Source of the DNA: Eledone cirrhosa
Lineage: Eukaryota
Direction: 5' to 3'
Assembly: GCA_964016885.1 (NCBI GenBank)
Contig: OZ024742.1
Coordinates: 21,328,001-21,392,000 of the forward strand
DNA: 64,000 nt
Shown: positions 40,991-55,900 of the stretch, piece after piece
Layout of the letters: each line of letters begins with the position of its first letter
How positions within the stretch are numbered: the stretch's first letter is position 1
The notes under the pieces: generated by a model
Told to the model about the DNA's origin: nothing
The model's database searches: none
Seen by the model: the letters and a program-made list of their open reading frames with translations, nothing else
Translations under genes and position numbers: made by a program

Positions 40991-43900
40991 CATGTGGCAA
41001 CAATGGTGTCTGCTTTTCTACTGATACTGCCACTCCATGCTGCAACAATGTTGTCTGATGTTCTACTGATACTGCCACTCCATGCTGCAACAATGTTGTC
41101 TGATGTTCTACCGATACTGCCACTCCATGCTGCAACAATGGTGTCTGATGTTCTACTGATACTGCCACTCCATGCTGCAACAATGTTGTCTGATGTTCTA
41201 CTGATACTGCCACTCCATGCTGCAACAATGTTGTCTGCTGTTCTACTGATACTGCCACTGCATGCTGCAACAATGTTGTCTGATGTTCTACTGATACTCA
41301 CACTCCATGCTGCAACAATGGTGTCTGATGTTCTACTGATACTGCCACTCCATGCTGCAGTAGTGTCTGATGTTCTACTGATACTGCCACTCCATGCTGC
41401 AGTGGTGTCTGATGTTCTACCGATACTGCCACTCCATGCTGCAACATTGGTGTCTGATGTTCTACTGATACTGCCACTCCATGCTGCAACAATGTTGTCT
41501 GATGTTCTGCCGATACTGCCACTCCATGCTGCAACACTGTTGTCTGATGTTCTACCGATACTGCCACTCCATGCTGCAACATTGGTGTCTGCTGTTCTAC
41601 CGACACTGCCACTCCATGCTGCAACAATGTTGTCTGATGTTCTACCGACACTGCCACTCCATCCTGCAACAATGGTGTCTGATGTTCTTCCGACACTGCC
41701 ACTCCATGCTGCAACAATGTTGTCTGATGTTCTACTGACACTGCCACTCCATCCTGCAACAATGTTGTCTGATGTTCTACCGACACTGCAACTCCATGCT
41801 GCAACAATGTTGTCTGATGTTCAACCGATACTCCCACTCCATGCTGGAACAATGTTGTCTGCTGTTCTACTGATACTCCCACTCCATGCTGCAACAATGT
41901 TGTCTGCTGTTCTACTGATACTGCCACTCCATGCTGCAACACTGTTGTCTGATGTTCTGCTGATACTCCCACTCCATGCTGCAGTAGTGTCTGATGTTCT
42001 ACTGATACTGCCACTCCATGCTGCAACAATGTTGTCTGATGTTCTACTGATACTGCCACTCCATGCTGCAACAATGGTGTCTGATGTTCTACTGATACTG
42101 CCACCCCATGCTGCAACATTGGTGTCTGATGTTCTACTGATACTCCCACTCCATGCTGCAACAATGTTGGCTGATGTTCTACTGATACTGCCACTCCATG
42201 CTGCAACAATGTTGTCTGATGTTCTACAGATACTGCCACTCCATGTTGCAACAATGTTGTCTGATGTTCTACTGATACTCCCACTCCATGCTGCAACAAT
42301 GGTGTCTGATGTTCTACTTATACTGCCACTACATGCTGCAACACTGTTGTCTAATGTTCTACTGATACAGCCACTCCATGCTGCAACAATGGTGTCTGAA
42401 GTTCTACTGATACTGCCACTCCATGCTGCAACAATGTTGTCTGATGTTCTACTGATACTGCCACTCCATGCTGCAACAATGTTGTCTGATGTTCTACAGA
42501 TACTGCCACTCCATGTTGCAACAATGTTGTCTGATGTTCTACTGATACTCCCACTCCATGCTGCAGTGGTGTCTGAAGTTCTACTGATACTGCCACTCCA
42601 TGCTGCAACAATGGTGTCTGATGTTCTACTGATACTGCCACTCCATGCTGCAACAATGTTGTCTGATGTTCTACTGATACTGCCACTCCATGCTGCAACA
42701 ATGTTGTCTGATGTTCTACAGATACTGCCACTCCATGTTGCAACAATGTTGTCTGATGTTCTACTGATACTCCCACTCCATGCTGCAACAATGGTGTCTG
42801 ATGTTCTACTGATACTGCCACTACATGCTGCAACATTGTTGTCTGATGTTCTACTGATACTGCCACTCCATGCTGCAACAATGGTGTCTGAAGTTCTACT
42901 GATACTGCCACTCCATGCTGCAACAATGTTGTCTGATGTTCTACAGATACTGCCACTCCATGTTGCAACAATGTTGTCTGATGTTCTACTGATACTCCCA
43001 CTCCATGCTGCAACAATGGTGTCTGATGTTCTACTGATACTGCCACTACATGCTGCAACACTGTTGTCTGATGTTCTACTGATACAGCCACTCCATGCTG
43101 CAACAATGGTGTCTGCTGTTCTAACGATACTGCCACTCCATGCTGCAACAATTGTGTCTGCTGTTCTACCGATACTCCCACTCCATGCTGCAACAATGGT
43201 GTCTGAAGTTCTACTGATACTGCCACTCCATGCTGCAACAATGTTGTCTGATGTTCTACTGATACTGCCACTGCATGCTGCAACAATGGTGTCTGATGTT
43301 CTACTGATACTGCCACTCTATGCTGCAACAATGGTGTCTGATGTTCTACTGATACTGCCACTCCATGCTGCAACAATGTTGTCTGATGTTCTACTGATAC
43401 TGCCACCCCATGCTGCAACAATGGTGTCTGATGTTCTACTGATACTGCCACTCCATGCTGCAACATTGGTGTCTGATGTTCTACTGATACTGCCACTCCA
43501 TGCTGCAACAATGTTGTCTGATGTTCTACTCATACTGCCACTCCATGCTGCAACAATGTTGTCTGCTGTTCTACCGATACTCCCACTCCATGTGGCAACA
43601 ATGGTGTGTGATGTTCTACTGATACTGCCACTCCATGCTGCAACAATGGTGTCTGATGTTCTACCGATACTCCCACTCCATGCTGCAACGATGGTGTCTG
43701 ATGTTCTACTGATACTCCCACTCCATGCTGCAACAATGGTGTCTGATGTTCTACTGATACTGCCACTCCATGCTGCAACAATGGTGTCTGATGTTCTACT
43801 GATACTCCCACTCCATGCTGCAACAATGTTGTCTGATTTTCTACCGACACTGCCACTCCATGCTGCAACAATGTTGTCTGATGTTCTACCGACACTGCCA

Positions 43901-46900
43901 CTCCATGCTGCAACAATGGTGTCTGATGTTCTTCCGACACTGCCACTCCATGCTGCAACAATGTTGTCTGATGTTCTGCCGACACTGCCATTCCATGCTG
44001 CAACAATGTTGTCTGATGTTCTACCGACACTGCCACTCCATGCTGCAACAATGTTGTCTGATGTTCAACCGATACTCCCACTCCATGCTGCAACAATGGT
44101 GTCTGATGTTCTACTGATACTGCCACTCCATGCTGCAACACTGGTGTCTGATGTTCTACTAACACTGCCACTCCATGCTGCAACAATGGTGTCTGATGTT
44201 CTACTGATACTGCCACTCCATGCTGCAACAATGTTGTCTGATGTTCTACTGATACTCCCACTCCATGCTGCAACAATGGTGTCTGATGTTCTACTGATAC
44301 TGCCACCCCATGCTGCAACATTGGTGTCTGATGTTCTACTGATACTCCCACTCCATGCTGCAACAATGTTGGCTGATGTTCTACTGATACTGCCACTCCA
44401 TGCTGCAACAATGTTGTCTGATGTTCTACAGATACTGCCACTCCATGTTGCAACAATGTTGTCTGATGTTCTACTGATACTCCCACTCCATGCTGCAACA
44501 ATGGTGTCTGATGTTCTACTTATACTGCCACTACATGCTGCAACACTGTTGTCTAATGTTCTACTGATACAGCCACTCCATGCTGCAACAATGGTGTCTG
44601 AAGTTCTACTGATACTGCCACTCCATGCTGCAACAATGTTGTCTGATGTTCTACTGATACTGCCACTCCATGCTGCAACAATGTTGTCTGATGTTCTACA
44701 GATACTGCCACTCCATGTTGCAACAATGTTGTCTGATGTTCTACTGATACTCCCACTCCATGCTGCAACAATGGTGTCTGATGTTCTACTGATACTGCCA
44801 CTACATGCTGCAACACTGTTGTCTGATGTTCTACTGATACTGCCACTCCATGCTGCAACAATGGTGTCTGAAGTTCTACTGATACTGCCACTCCATGCTG
44901 CAACAATGTTGTCTGATGTTCTACTGATACTGCCACTCCATGCTGCAGTGGTGTCTGAAGTTCTACTGATACTGCCACTCCATGCTGCAACAATGGTGTC
45001 TGATGTTCTACTGATACTGCCACTCCATGCTGCAACAATGTTGTCTGATGTTCTACTGATACTGCCACTCCATGCTGCAACAATGTTGTCTGATGTTCTA
45101 CAGATACTGCCACTCCATGTTGCAACAATGTTGTCTGATGTTCTACTGATACTCCCACTCCATGCTGCAACAATGGTGTCTGATGTTCTACTGATACTGC
45201 CACTACATGCTGCAACACTGTTGTCTGATGTTCTACTGATACTGCCACTCCATGCTGCAACAATGGTGTCTGAAGTTCTATTGATACTGCCACTCCATGC
45301 TGCAACAATGTTGTCTGATGTTCTACAGATACTGCCACTCCATGTTGCAACAATGTTGTCTGATGTTCTACTGATACTCCCACTCCATGCTGCAACAATG
45401 GTGTCTGATGTTCTACTGATACTGCCACTACATGCTGCAACACTGTTGTCTGATGTTCTACTGATACAGCCACTCCATGCTGCAACAATGGTGTCTGCTG
45501 TTCTAACGATACTGCCACTCCATGCTGCAACAATTGTGTCTGCTGTTCTACCGATACTCCCACTCCATGCTGCAACAATGGTGTCTGAAGTTCTACTGAT
45601 ACTGCCACTCCATGCTGCAACAATGTTGTCTGATGTTCTACTGATACTGCCACTGCATGCTGCAACAATGGTGTCTGATGTTCTACTGATACTGCCACTC
45701 TATGCTGCAACAATGGTGTCTGATGTTCTACTGATACTGCCACTCCATGCTGCAACAATGTTGTCTGATGTTCTACTGATACTGCCACCCCATGCTGCAA
45801 CAATGGTGTCTGATGTTCTACTGATACTGCCACTCCATGCTGCAACATTGGTGTCTGATGTTCTACTGATACTGCCACTCCATGCTGCAACAATGTTGTC
45901 TGATGTTCTACTCATACTGCCACTCCATGCTGCAACAATGTTGTCTGCTGTTCTACCGATACTCCCACTCCATGTGGCAACAATGGTGTGTGATGTTCTA
46001 CTGATACTGCCACTCCATGCTGCAACAATGGTGTCTGATGTTCTACCGATACTCCCACTCCATGCTGCAACGATGGTGTCTGATGTTCTACTGATACTCC
46101 CACTCCATGCTGCAACAATGGTGTCTGATGTTCTACTGATACTGCCACTCCATGCTGCAACAATGGTGTCTGATGTTCTACTGATACTCCCACTCCATGC
46201 TGCAACAATGTTGTCTGATTTTCTACCGACACTGCCACTCCATGCTGCAACAATGTTGTCTGATGTTCTACCGACACTGCCACTCCATGCTGCAACAATG
46301 GTGTCTGATGTTCTTCCGACACTGCCACTCCATGCTGCAACAATGTTGTCTGATGTTCTGCCGACACTGCCACTCCATGCTGCAACAATGTTGTCTGATG
46401 TTCTACCGACACTGCCACTCCATGCTGCAACAATGTTGTCTGATGTTCAACCGATACTCCCACTCCATGCAGCAACAATGTTGTCTGCTGTTCTACTGAT
46501 ACTCCCATTCCATGCAGCAACACTGTTGTCTGCTGTTCTACTGATACTACCACTACATGCTGCAACAATGTTGTCTGATGTTCAACCGATACTCCCACTC
46601 CATGCTGCAACGCTGTTGTCTGATGTTCTGCTGATACTCCCACTCCATGCTGCAGTGGTGTCTGATGTTCTACTGATACTGCCACTCCATGCTGCAACAT
46701 TGGTGTCTGATGTTCTACTAACACTGCCACTCCATGCTGCAACAATGTTGTCTGATGTTCTACTGACACTGCTACTCCATGCTGCAACAATGGTGTCTGA
46801 TGTTCTACTGATACTGCCACTCCATGCTGCAACATTGGTGTCTGATGTTCTACTGATACTGCCACTCCATGCTGCAACAAGGTTTTCTGATGATCTACTG

Positions 46901-49900
46901 ATACTGCCACTCCATGCTGCAACAATGTTGTCTGATGTTCTACTAACACTGCCACTCCATGCTGCAACAATGGTGTCTGATGTTCTACTAACACTGCCAC
47001 TCCATGCTGCAACAGTGGTGTCTGATGTTCTACTGATACTGTCACTCCATGCTGCAACAATTGTGTCTGATGTTCTACTGATACTGCCACTCCATGCTGC
47101 AACAATGGTGCCTGATGTTCTACTGATACTGCTACTCCATGCTGCAACAATGGTGTCTGATGTTCTACTGATACTGCCACTCCATGCTGCAACAATGTTG
47201 TCTGATGTTCTACCGATACTGCCACTCCATGCTACACCACTGTTGTCTGTTGTTCTACCGATAGTGCCACTCCATGCTGCAACATTGGTGTCTGCTGTTC
47301 TACCGACACTGCCACTCCATGCTGCAACAATGTTTTCTGATGTTCTACCGACACTGCCACTCCATGCTGCAACAATGGTGTCTGATGTTCTTCCGACACT
47401 GCCACTCCATGCTGCAACAATGTTGTCTGATGTTCTACCGACACTGCCACTCCATGCTGCAACAATGTTGTCTGATGTTCTACCGACCTGCCACTCCATG
47501 CTGCAACAATGTTGTCTGATGTTCAACCGATACTCCCACTCCATGCTGCAACAATGTTGTCTGCTGTTCTACTGATACTCCCACTACATGCTGCAACAAT
47601 GTTGTCTGCTGTTCTACTGATACTCCCACTCCATGCTGCAACAATGTTGTCTGCTGTTCTACTGATACTGCCACTCCATGCTGCAACACTGTTGTCTGAT
47701 GTTCTGCTGATACTCCCACTCCATGCTGCAGTGGTGTCTGATGTTCTACTGATACTCCCACTCCATGCTGCCTACATTGGTGTCTGATGTTCTACTGATA
47801 CTGCCACTCCATGCTGCAACACTGTTGTCTGATGTTCTGCTGATACTACCACTCCATGCTGCAGTGGTGTCTGATGTTCTACTGATACTGCCACTCCATG
47901 CTGCAACAATGGTGTCTGATGTTCTACTGATACTGCCACTCCATGCTGCAGTGGTGTCTGATGTTCTACTGATACTGCCACTCCATGCTGCAACAATGTT
48001 GTCTGATGTTCTACTGATACTCCCACTCCATGCTGCAACAATGTTGTCTGATGTTCTACTGACACTGCTACTCCATGCTGCAACAATGGTGTCTGATGTT
48101 CTACTGATACTGCCACTCCATGCTGCAACATTGGTGTCTGATATTCTACTGATACTGCCACTCCATGCTGCAACAAGGTTGTCTGATGTTCTACTGATAC
48201 TGCCGCTCCATGCTGCAACAATGGTGTCTGATGTTCTACTAACACTGCCACTCCATGCTGCAACAATGTTGTCTGATGTTCTACCGATACTCCCACTCCA
48301 TGCTGCAACAATGGTGTCTGATGTCCTACTGATACTGCCACTCCATGCTGCAGTGGTGTCTGATGTTCTACTGATACTGCCACTCCATGCTGCAACAATG
48401 TTGTCTGATGTTCTACTGATACTGCCACTCCATGCTGCAACAATGGTGTCTGATGTTCTACTGATACTGCCACTCCATGCTGCAACATTGGTGTGTGATG
48501 TTCTACTAACACTGCCACTCCATGCTGCAACAATGGTGTCTGATGTTCTACTGATACTGCCACTCCATGCTGCAACATTGGTGTCTGATATTCTACTGAT
48601 ACTGCCACTCCATGCTGCAACAAGGTTGTCTGATGTTCTACTGATACTGCCGCTCCATGCTGCAACAATGGTGTCTGATGTTCTACTGATACTGCCACTC
48701 CATGCTGCAACAATGTTGTCTGATGTTCTACTGACACTGCTACTCCATGCTGTAACAATGGTGTCTGATGTTCTACTAACACTGCCACTCCATGCTGCAA
48801 CAATGTTGTCTGATGTTCTACTGATACTGCCACTCCATGCTGCAACATTGGTGTCTGATGTTCTACTAACACTGCCACTCCATGCTGCAACAATGTTGTC
48901 TGATGTTCTACTGACACTGCTACTCCATGCTGCAACAATGGTGTCTGATGTTCTACTGATACTGCCACTCCATGCTGCAACATTGGTGTCTGATATTCTA
49001 CTGATACTGCCACTCCATGCTGCAACAAGGTTGTCTGATGTTCTACTGATACTGCCACTCCATGCTGCAACAATGGTGTCTGATGTTCTACTAACACTGC
49101 CACTCCATGCTGCAACAATGTTGTCTGATGTTCTACCGATACTCCCACTCCATGCTGCAACAATGTTGTCTGATGTTCTACTGATACTGCCACTCCATGC
49201 TGCAACAATGTTGTCTGATTTTCTACTGATACTGCCACTCCATGCTGCAACAATGTTGTCTGCTGTTCTACTGATACTGCCACTGCATGCTGCAACAATG
49301 TTGTCTGATGTTCTACTGATACTCACACTCCATGCTGCAACAATGGTGTGTGATGTTCTACTGATACTGCCACTCCATGCTGCAGTGGTGTCTGATGTTC
49401 TACCGATACTGCCACTCCATGCTGCAACAATGGTGTCTGATGTTCTACTGATACTGCCACTCCATGCTGCAACACTGTTGTCTGATGTTCTACCGATACT
49501 GCCACTCCATGCTGCAACATTGGTGTTTGCTGTTCTACCGACACTGCCACTGCATGCTGCAACAATGTTGTCTGATGTTCTACTGATACTCACACTCCAT
49601 GCTGCAACAATGGTGTCTGATGTTCTACTGATACTGCCACTCCATGCTGCAACAATGGTGTATGATGTTCTACTGATACTGCCACTCCATGCTGCAGTGG
49701 TGTCTGATGTTCTACCGATACTGCCACTCCATGCTGCAACAATGGTGTCTGATGTTCTTCCGACACTGCCACTCCATGCTGGAACAATGTTGTCTGATGT
49801 TCTACCGACACTGCCACTCCATGCTGCAACAATGTTGTCTCATGTTCTACCGACACTGACACTACATGCTGCTACAATGGTGTCTGATGTTCAACCGATA

Positions 49901-52900
49901 CTCCCACTCCATGCTGCAACAATGTTGTCTGCTGTTCTACTGATACTCCCACTCCATGCTGCAACAATGTTGTCTGCTGTTCTACTGATACTCCCACTCC
50001 ATGCTGCAACACTGTTGTCTGATGTTCTGCTGATACTCCCACTCCATGCTGCAGTGGTGTCTGATGTTCTACTGATACTGCCACTCCATGCTGCAACTTT
50101 GGTGTCTGATGTTCTACTGATACTGCCACTCCATGCTGCAACAATGTTGTCTGATGTTCTAGTGATACTGCCACTCCATGCTGCAACAATGGTGTCTGAT
50201 GTTCTACTAACAATCCCACTCCATGCTGCAACAATGGTGTCTGATGTTCTACTAACACTGCCACTCCATGCTGCAACAATGGTGTCTGATGTTCTACTGA
50301 TACTGCCACTCCATGCTGCAACAATTGTGTCTGATGTTCTACTGATACTGCCACTCCATGCTGCAACATTGCTGTCTGATGTTATACTGATACTGCCACT
50401 CCATGCTGCAACAATGTTGGCTGATGTTCTACTGTCACTGCCACTCCATGCTGCAACAATGGTGTCTGATGTTCTACTGATACTGCCACTCCATGCTGCA
50501 ACAATGTTGTCTGATGTTCTACTGATACTCCCACTCAATGTTGCAACAATGTTGTCTGATGTTCTACTGATACTCCCGCTCCATGCTGCAACAATGTTGT
50601 CTGATGTTCTACTGATACTGCCACTCCATGCTGCAACACTGTTGTCTGATGTTCTACTGATACAGCCACTCCATGCTGCAACAATGGTGTCTGATGTTCT
50701 ACTGATACTGCCACTCCATGCTGCAACAATGTTGTCTGATGTTCTAATGATACTGCCACTGCATGCTGCAACAATGGTGTCTGATGTTCTACTGATACTG
50801 CCACTCCATGCTGCAACAATGGTGTCTGATTTTCTACTGATACCGTCACTCCATGCTGCAACAATGGTGTCTGATGTTCTACCGACACTGCCACTCCATG
50901 CTGCAACAATTTTGTCTGATGTTCTACTGATACTGTCACTCCATGCTGCAACAATGGTGCCTGATGTTCTACTGATACTGCCACTCCATGCTGCAACATT
51001 GGTGTCTGATGTTCTACTGATACTGCCACTCCATGCTGCAACAATGTTGTCTGATGTTCTACTGATACTCCCACTCCATGCTGCAACAATGGTGTCTGAT
51101 GTTCTATTGATACTGCCACTCCATCCTGCAACAATGTTGTCTGATGTTCTACCGATACTGCCACTCCATGCTGTAAAAATGGTGTCTGATGTTCTACTGA
51201 TACTGCCACTCCATGCTGCAACAATGTTGTCTGATGTTCTACTGATACTGCCAATCCATGCTGCAGTGGTGTCTGATGATCTACTGATAATCCCACTCCA
51301 TGCTGCAACAATGGTGTCTGCTGTTCTACTGATACTCCCACTCCATGCTGCAACAATGTTGTCTGCTGTTCTACCGATACTGCCACTCAATGCTGCAACA
51401 ATGATGTCTGATGTTCTACTGATACTGCCACTCCATGCTGCAACAATGTTGTCTGATGTTCTACTGATACTGCCACTCCATGCTGCAACAATGTTGTCTG
51501 ATGTTCTACTGATACTGCCACTCCATGCTGCAACAATGTTGTCTGATGTTCTACCGATACTCCCACTCCATGCTGCAACGATGTTGTCTGATGTTCTACT
51601 GATACTGCCACTCCATGCTGCAACAATGTTGTCTGATGTTCTACTGATACTGCCACTCCATGCTGCAACAATGTTGTCTGATGTTCTACCGATACTCCCA
51701 CTCCATGCTGCAACAATGTTGTCTGATGTTCTACCGATACTGCCACTCCATGCTGTAACAATGGTGTCTGATGTTCTACTGATACTGCCACTCCATGCTG
51801 CAACAATGGTGTCTAATGTTCTACTGATACTGCCACTCCATGCTGCAGTGGTGTCTGATGTTCTACTGATACTGCCACTCCATGCTGCAGCAATGTTGTC
51901 TGATGTTCTACTGATACTCCCACTCCATGCTGCAACAATGTTGTCTGATGTTCTACTGATACAGCCACTCCATGCTGGAGTGGTGTCTGATGTTCTACTG
52001 ATACTGCCACTCCATGCTGCAACAATGTTGTCTGATGTTCTACCGATACTGCCACTCCATGCTGCAACAATGGTGTCTGATGTTCTACTGATACTGCCAC
52101 TCCATGCTGCAACATTGGTGTCTGATGTTCTACTGATACTGCCACTCCATGCTGCAACAATTTGTATGATGTTCTACTGATACTGCCACTCCATGCTGCA
52201 ACAATGGTGTCTGATGTTCTACTAACACTGCCACTCCATGCTGCAACAATGGTGTCTGATGTTCTACTGATACTCCCACTCAATGTTGCAACAATGTTGT
52301 CTGATGTTCTACTGATACTGCCACTCCATGCTGCAACAATGGTGTCTGATGTTCTACTGATACTGCCACTCCATGCTGCAACACTGGTGTCTGATGTTCT
52401 ACTGATACTGCCACTCCATGCTGCAACAAGTTTGTCTGATGTTCTACTGATACTGCCACTCCATGCTGCAACAATGGTGTCTGATGTTCTACTAACACTG
52501 CCACTCCATGCTGCAACAATGGTGTCTGATGTTCTACTGATACTCCCACTCTATGCTGCAACAATGTTGTCTGATGTTCTACCGATACTGCCACTCCATG
52601 CTGCAACAATGGTGTCTGATGTTCTACTGATACTCCCGCTCCATGCTGCAACACTGGTGTCTGATGTTCTACTGATACTGCCACTCCATGCTGCAACACT
52701 GTTGTCTGATGTTCTACTGATACAGCCACTCCATGCTGCAACAATGGTGTCTGAAGTTCTACTGATACTGCCACTCCATGCTGCAACATTGGTGTCTGAT
52801 GTTCTACTGATACTCCCACTCCATGCTGCAACAATGTTGTCTGATGTTCTAATGATACTGCCACTGCATGCTGCAACAATGGTGTCTGATGTTCTACTGA

Positions 52901-55900
52901 TACTGCCACTCCATGCTGCAACAATGGTGTCTGATGTTCTACTGATACTGTCACTCCATGCTGCAACAATGGTGTCTGATGTTCTACCGACACTGCCACT
53001 CAATGCTGCAACAATTTTGTCTGATGTTCTACTGATACTGCCACTCCATGCTGCAACAATGGTGTCTGATGTTCTACTGATACTGCCACTCCATGCTGCA
53101 ACATTGGTGTCTGATGTTCTACTAATACTGCCACTCCATGCTGCAACAATGTTGTCTGATGTTCTACTGATACTGCCACTCCATGCTGCAACAATGTTGT
53201 TTGCTGTTCTACCGATACTCCCACTCCATGCTGCAACAATGTTGTCTGATGTTCTACTGATACTGCCACTCCATCCTGCAACAATGTTGTCTGATGTTCT
53301 ACCGATACTCCCACTCCATGCTGCAACAATGGTGTCTGCTGTTCTACTGATACTCCCACTCCATGCTGCAACAATGTTGTCTGCTGTTCTACCGATACTG
53401 CCACTCAATGCTGCAACAATGATGTCTGATGTTCTACTGATACTGCCACTCCATGCTGCAACAATGTTGTCTGATGTTCTACTGATACTGCCACTCCATG
53501 CTGCAACAATGTTGTCTGATGTTCTACTGATACTGCCACTCCATGCTGCAACAATGTTGTCTGATGTTCTACCGCTACTCCCACTCCATGCTGCAACGAT
53601 GTTGTCTGATGTTCTACTGATACTGCCACTCCATGCTGCAACAATGTTGTCTGATATTCTACCGATACTGCCACTCCATGCTGTAACAATGGTGTCTGAT
53701 GTTCTACTGATACTGCCACTCCATGCTGCAACAAGGGTGTCTGATGTTCTACTGATACTGCCACTCCATGCTGCAGTGGTGTCTGATGTTCTACTGATAC
53801 TGCCACTCCATGCTGCAGCAATGTTGTCTGATGTTCTACTGATACTCCCACTCCATGCTGCAACAATGTTGTCTGATGTTCTACTGATACTGCCACTCCA
53901 TGCTGCAGTGGTGTCTGATGTTCTACTGATACTGCCACTCCATGCTGCAACAATGTTGTCTGATGTTCTACCGATACTGCCACTCCATGCTGCAACATTG
54001 GTGTCTGATGTTCTACTGATACTGCCACTCCATGCTGCAACAATGGTGTCTGATGTTCTACTAACACTGCCACTCCATGCTGCAACAATGTTGTCTGATG
54101 TTCTACTGACACTGCCACTCCATGCTGCAACATTGGTGTCTGATGTTCTACTAACACTGCGACTCCATGCTGCAACAATTGTGTCTGATGTTCTACTCAT
54201 ACTGCCACTCCATGCTGCAACAATTGTGTCTGATGTTCTACTGATACTGCCACTCCAGGCTGTAACAATGTTGGCTGATGTTCTACTGACACTGCCACTC
54301 CATGCTGCAACAATGGTGTCTGATGTTCTACTGATACTGCCACTCCATGCTGCAACATTGTTGTCTGATGTTCTACTGATACTGCCACTGCATGCTGCAA
54401 CAATTGTGTCTGATGTTCTACTGATACTGCCACTCCATGCTGCAACAATGGTGTCTGATGTTCTACTGATACTGCCACTCCATGCTGCAACAATGGTGTC
54501 TGATGTTCTACCGACACTGCCACTCCATGCTGCAACAATGTTGGCTGATGTTCTACTGTCACTGCCACTCCATGCTGCAACAATGGTGTCTGATGTTCTA
54601 CTGATACTGCCACTCCATGCTGCAACAATGTTGTCTGATGTTCTACTGATACTCCCACTCAATGTTGCAACAATGTTGTCTGATGTTCTACTGATACTCC
54701 CGCTCCATGCTGCAACAATGTTGTCTGATGTTCTACTGATACTGCCACTCCATGCTGCAACACTGTTGTCTGATGTTCTACTGATACAGCCACTCCATGC
54801 TGCAACAATGGTGTCTGATGTTCTACTGATACTGCCACTCCATGCTGCAACAATGTTGTCTGATGTTCTAATGATACTGCCACTGCATGCTGCAACAATG
54901 GTGTCTGATGTTCTACTGATACTGCCACTCCATGCTGCAACAATGGTGTCTGATTTTCTACTGATACCGTCACTCCATGCTGCAACAATGGTGTCTGATG
55001 TTCTACCGACACTGCCACTCCATGCTGCAACAATTTTGTCTGATGTTCTACTGATACTGCCACTCCATGCTGCAACAATGGTGCCTGATGTTCTACTGAT
55101 ACTGCCACTCCATGCTGCAACATTGGTGTCTGATGTTCTACTGATACTGCCACTCCATGCTGCAACAATGTTGTCTGATGTTCTACTGATACTCCCACTC
55201 CATGCTGCAACAATGGTGTCTGATGTTCTATTGATACTGCCACTCCATCCTGCAACAATGTTGTCTGATGTTCTACCGATACTGCCACTCCATGCTGTAA
55301 AAATGGTGTCTGATGTTCTACTGATACTGCCACTCCATGCTGCAACAATGTTGTCTGATGTTCTACTGATACTGCCAATCCATGCTGCAGTGGTGTCTGA
55401 TGATCTACTGATAATCCCACTCCATGCTGCAACAATGGTGTCTGCTGTTCTACTGATACTCCCACTCCATGCTGCAACAATGTTGTCTGCTGTTCTACCG
55501 ATACTGCCACTCAATGCTGCAACAATGATGTCTGATGTTCTACTGATACTGCCACTCCATGCTGCAACAATGTTGTCTGATGTTCTACTGATACTGCCAC
55601 TCCATGCTGCAACAATGTTGTCTGATGTTCTACTGATACTGCCACTCAATGCTGCAACAATGTTGTCTGATGTTCTACCGATACTCCCACTCCATGCTGC
55701 AACGATGTTGTCTGATGTTCTACTGATACTGCCACTCCATGCTGCAACAATGTTGTCTGATGTTCTACTGATACTGCCACTCCATGCTGCAACAATGTTG
55801 TCTGATGTTCTACCGATACTCCCACTCCATGCTGCAACAATGTTGTCTGATGTTCTACCGATACTGCCACTCCATGCTGTAACAATGGTGTCTGATGTTC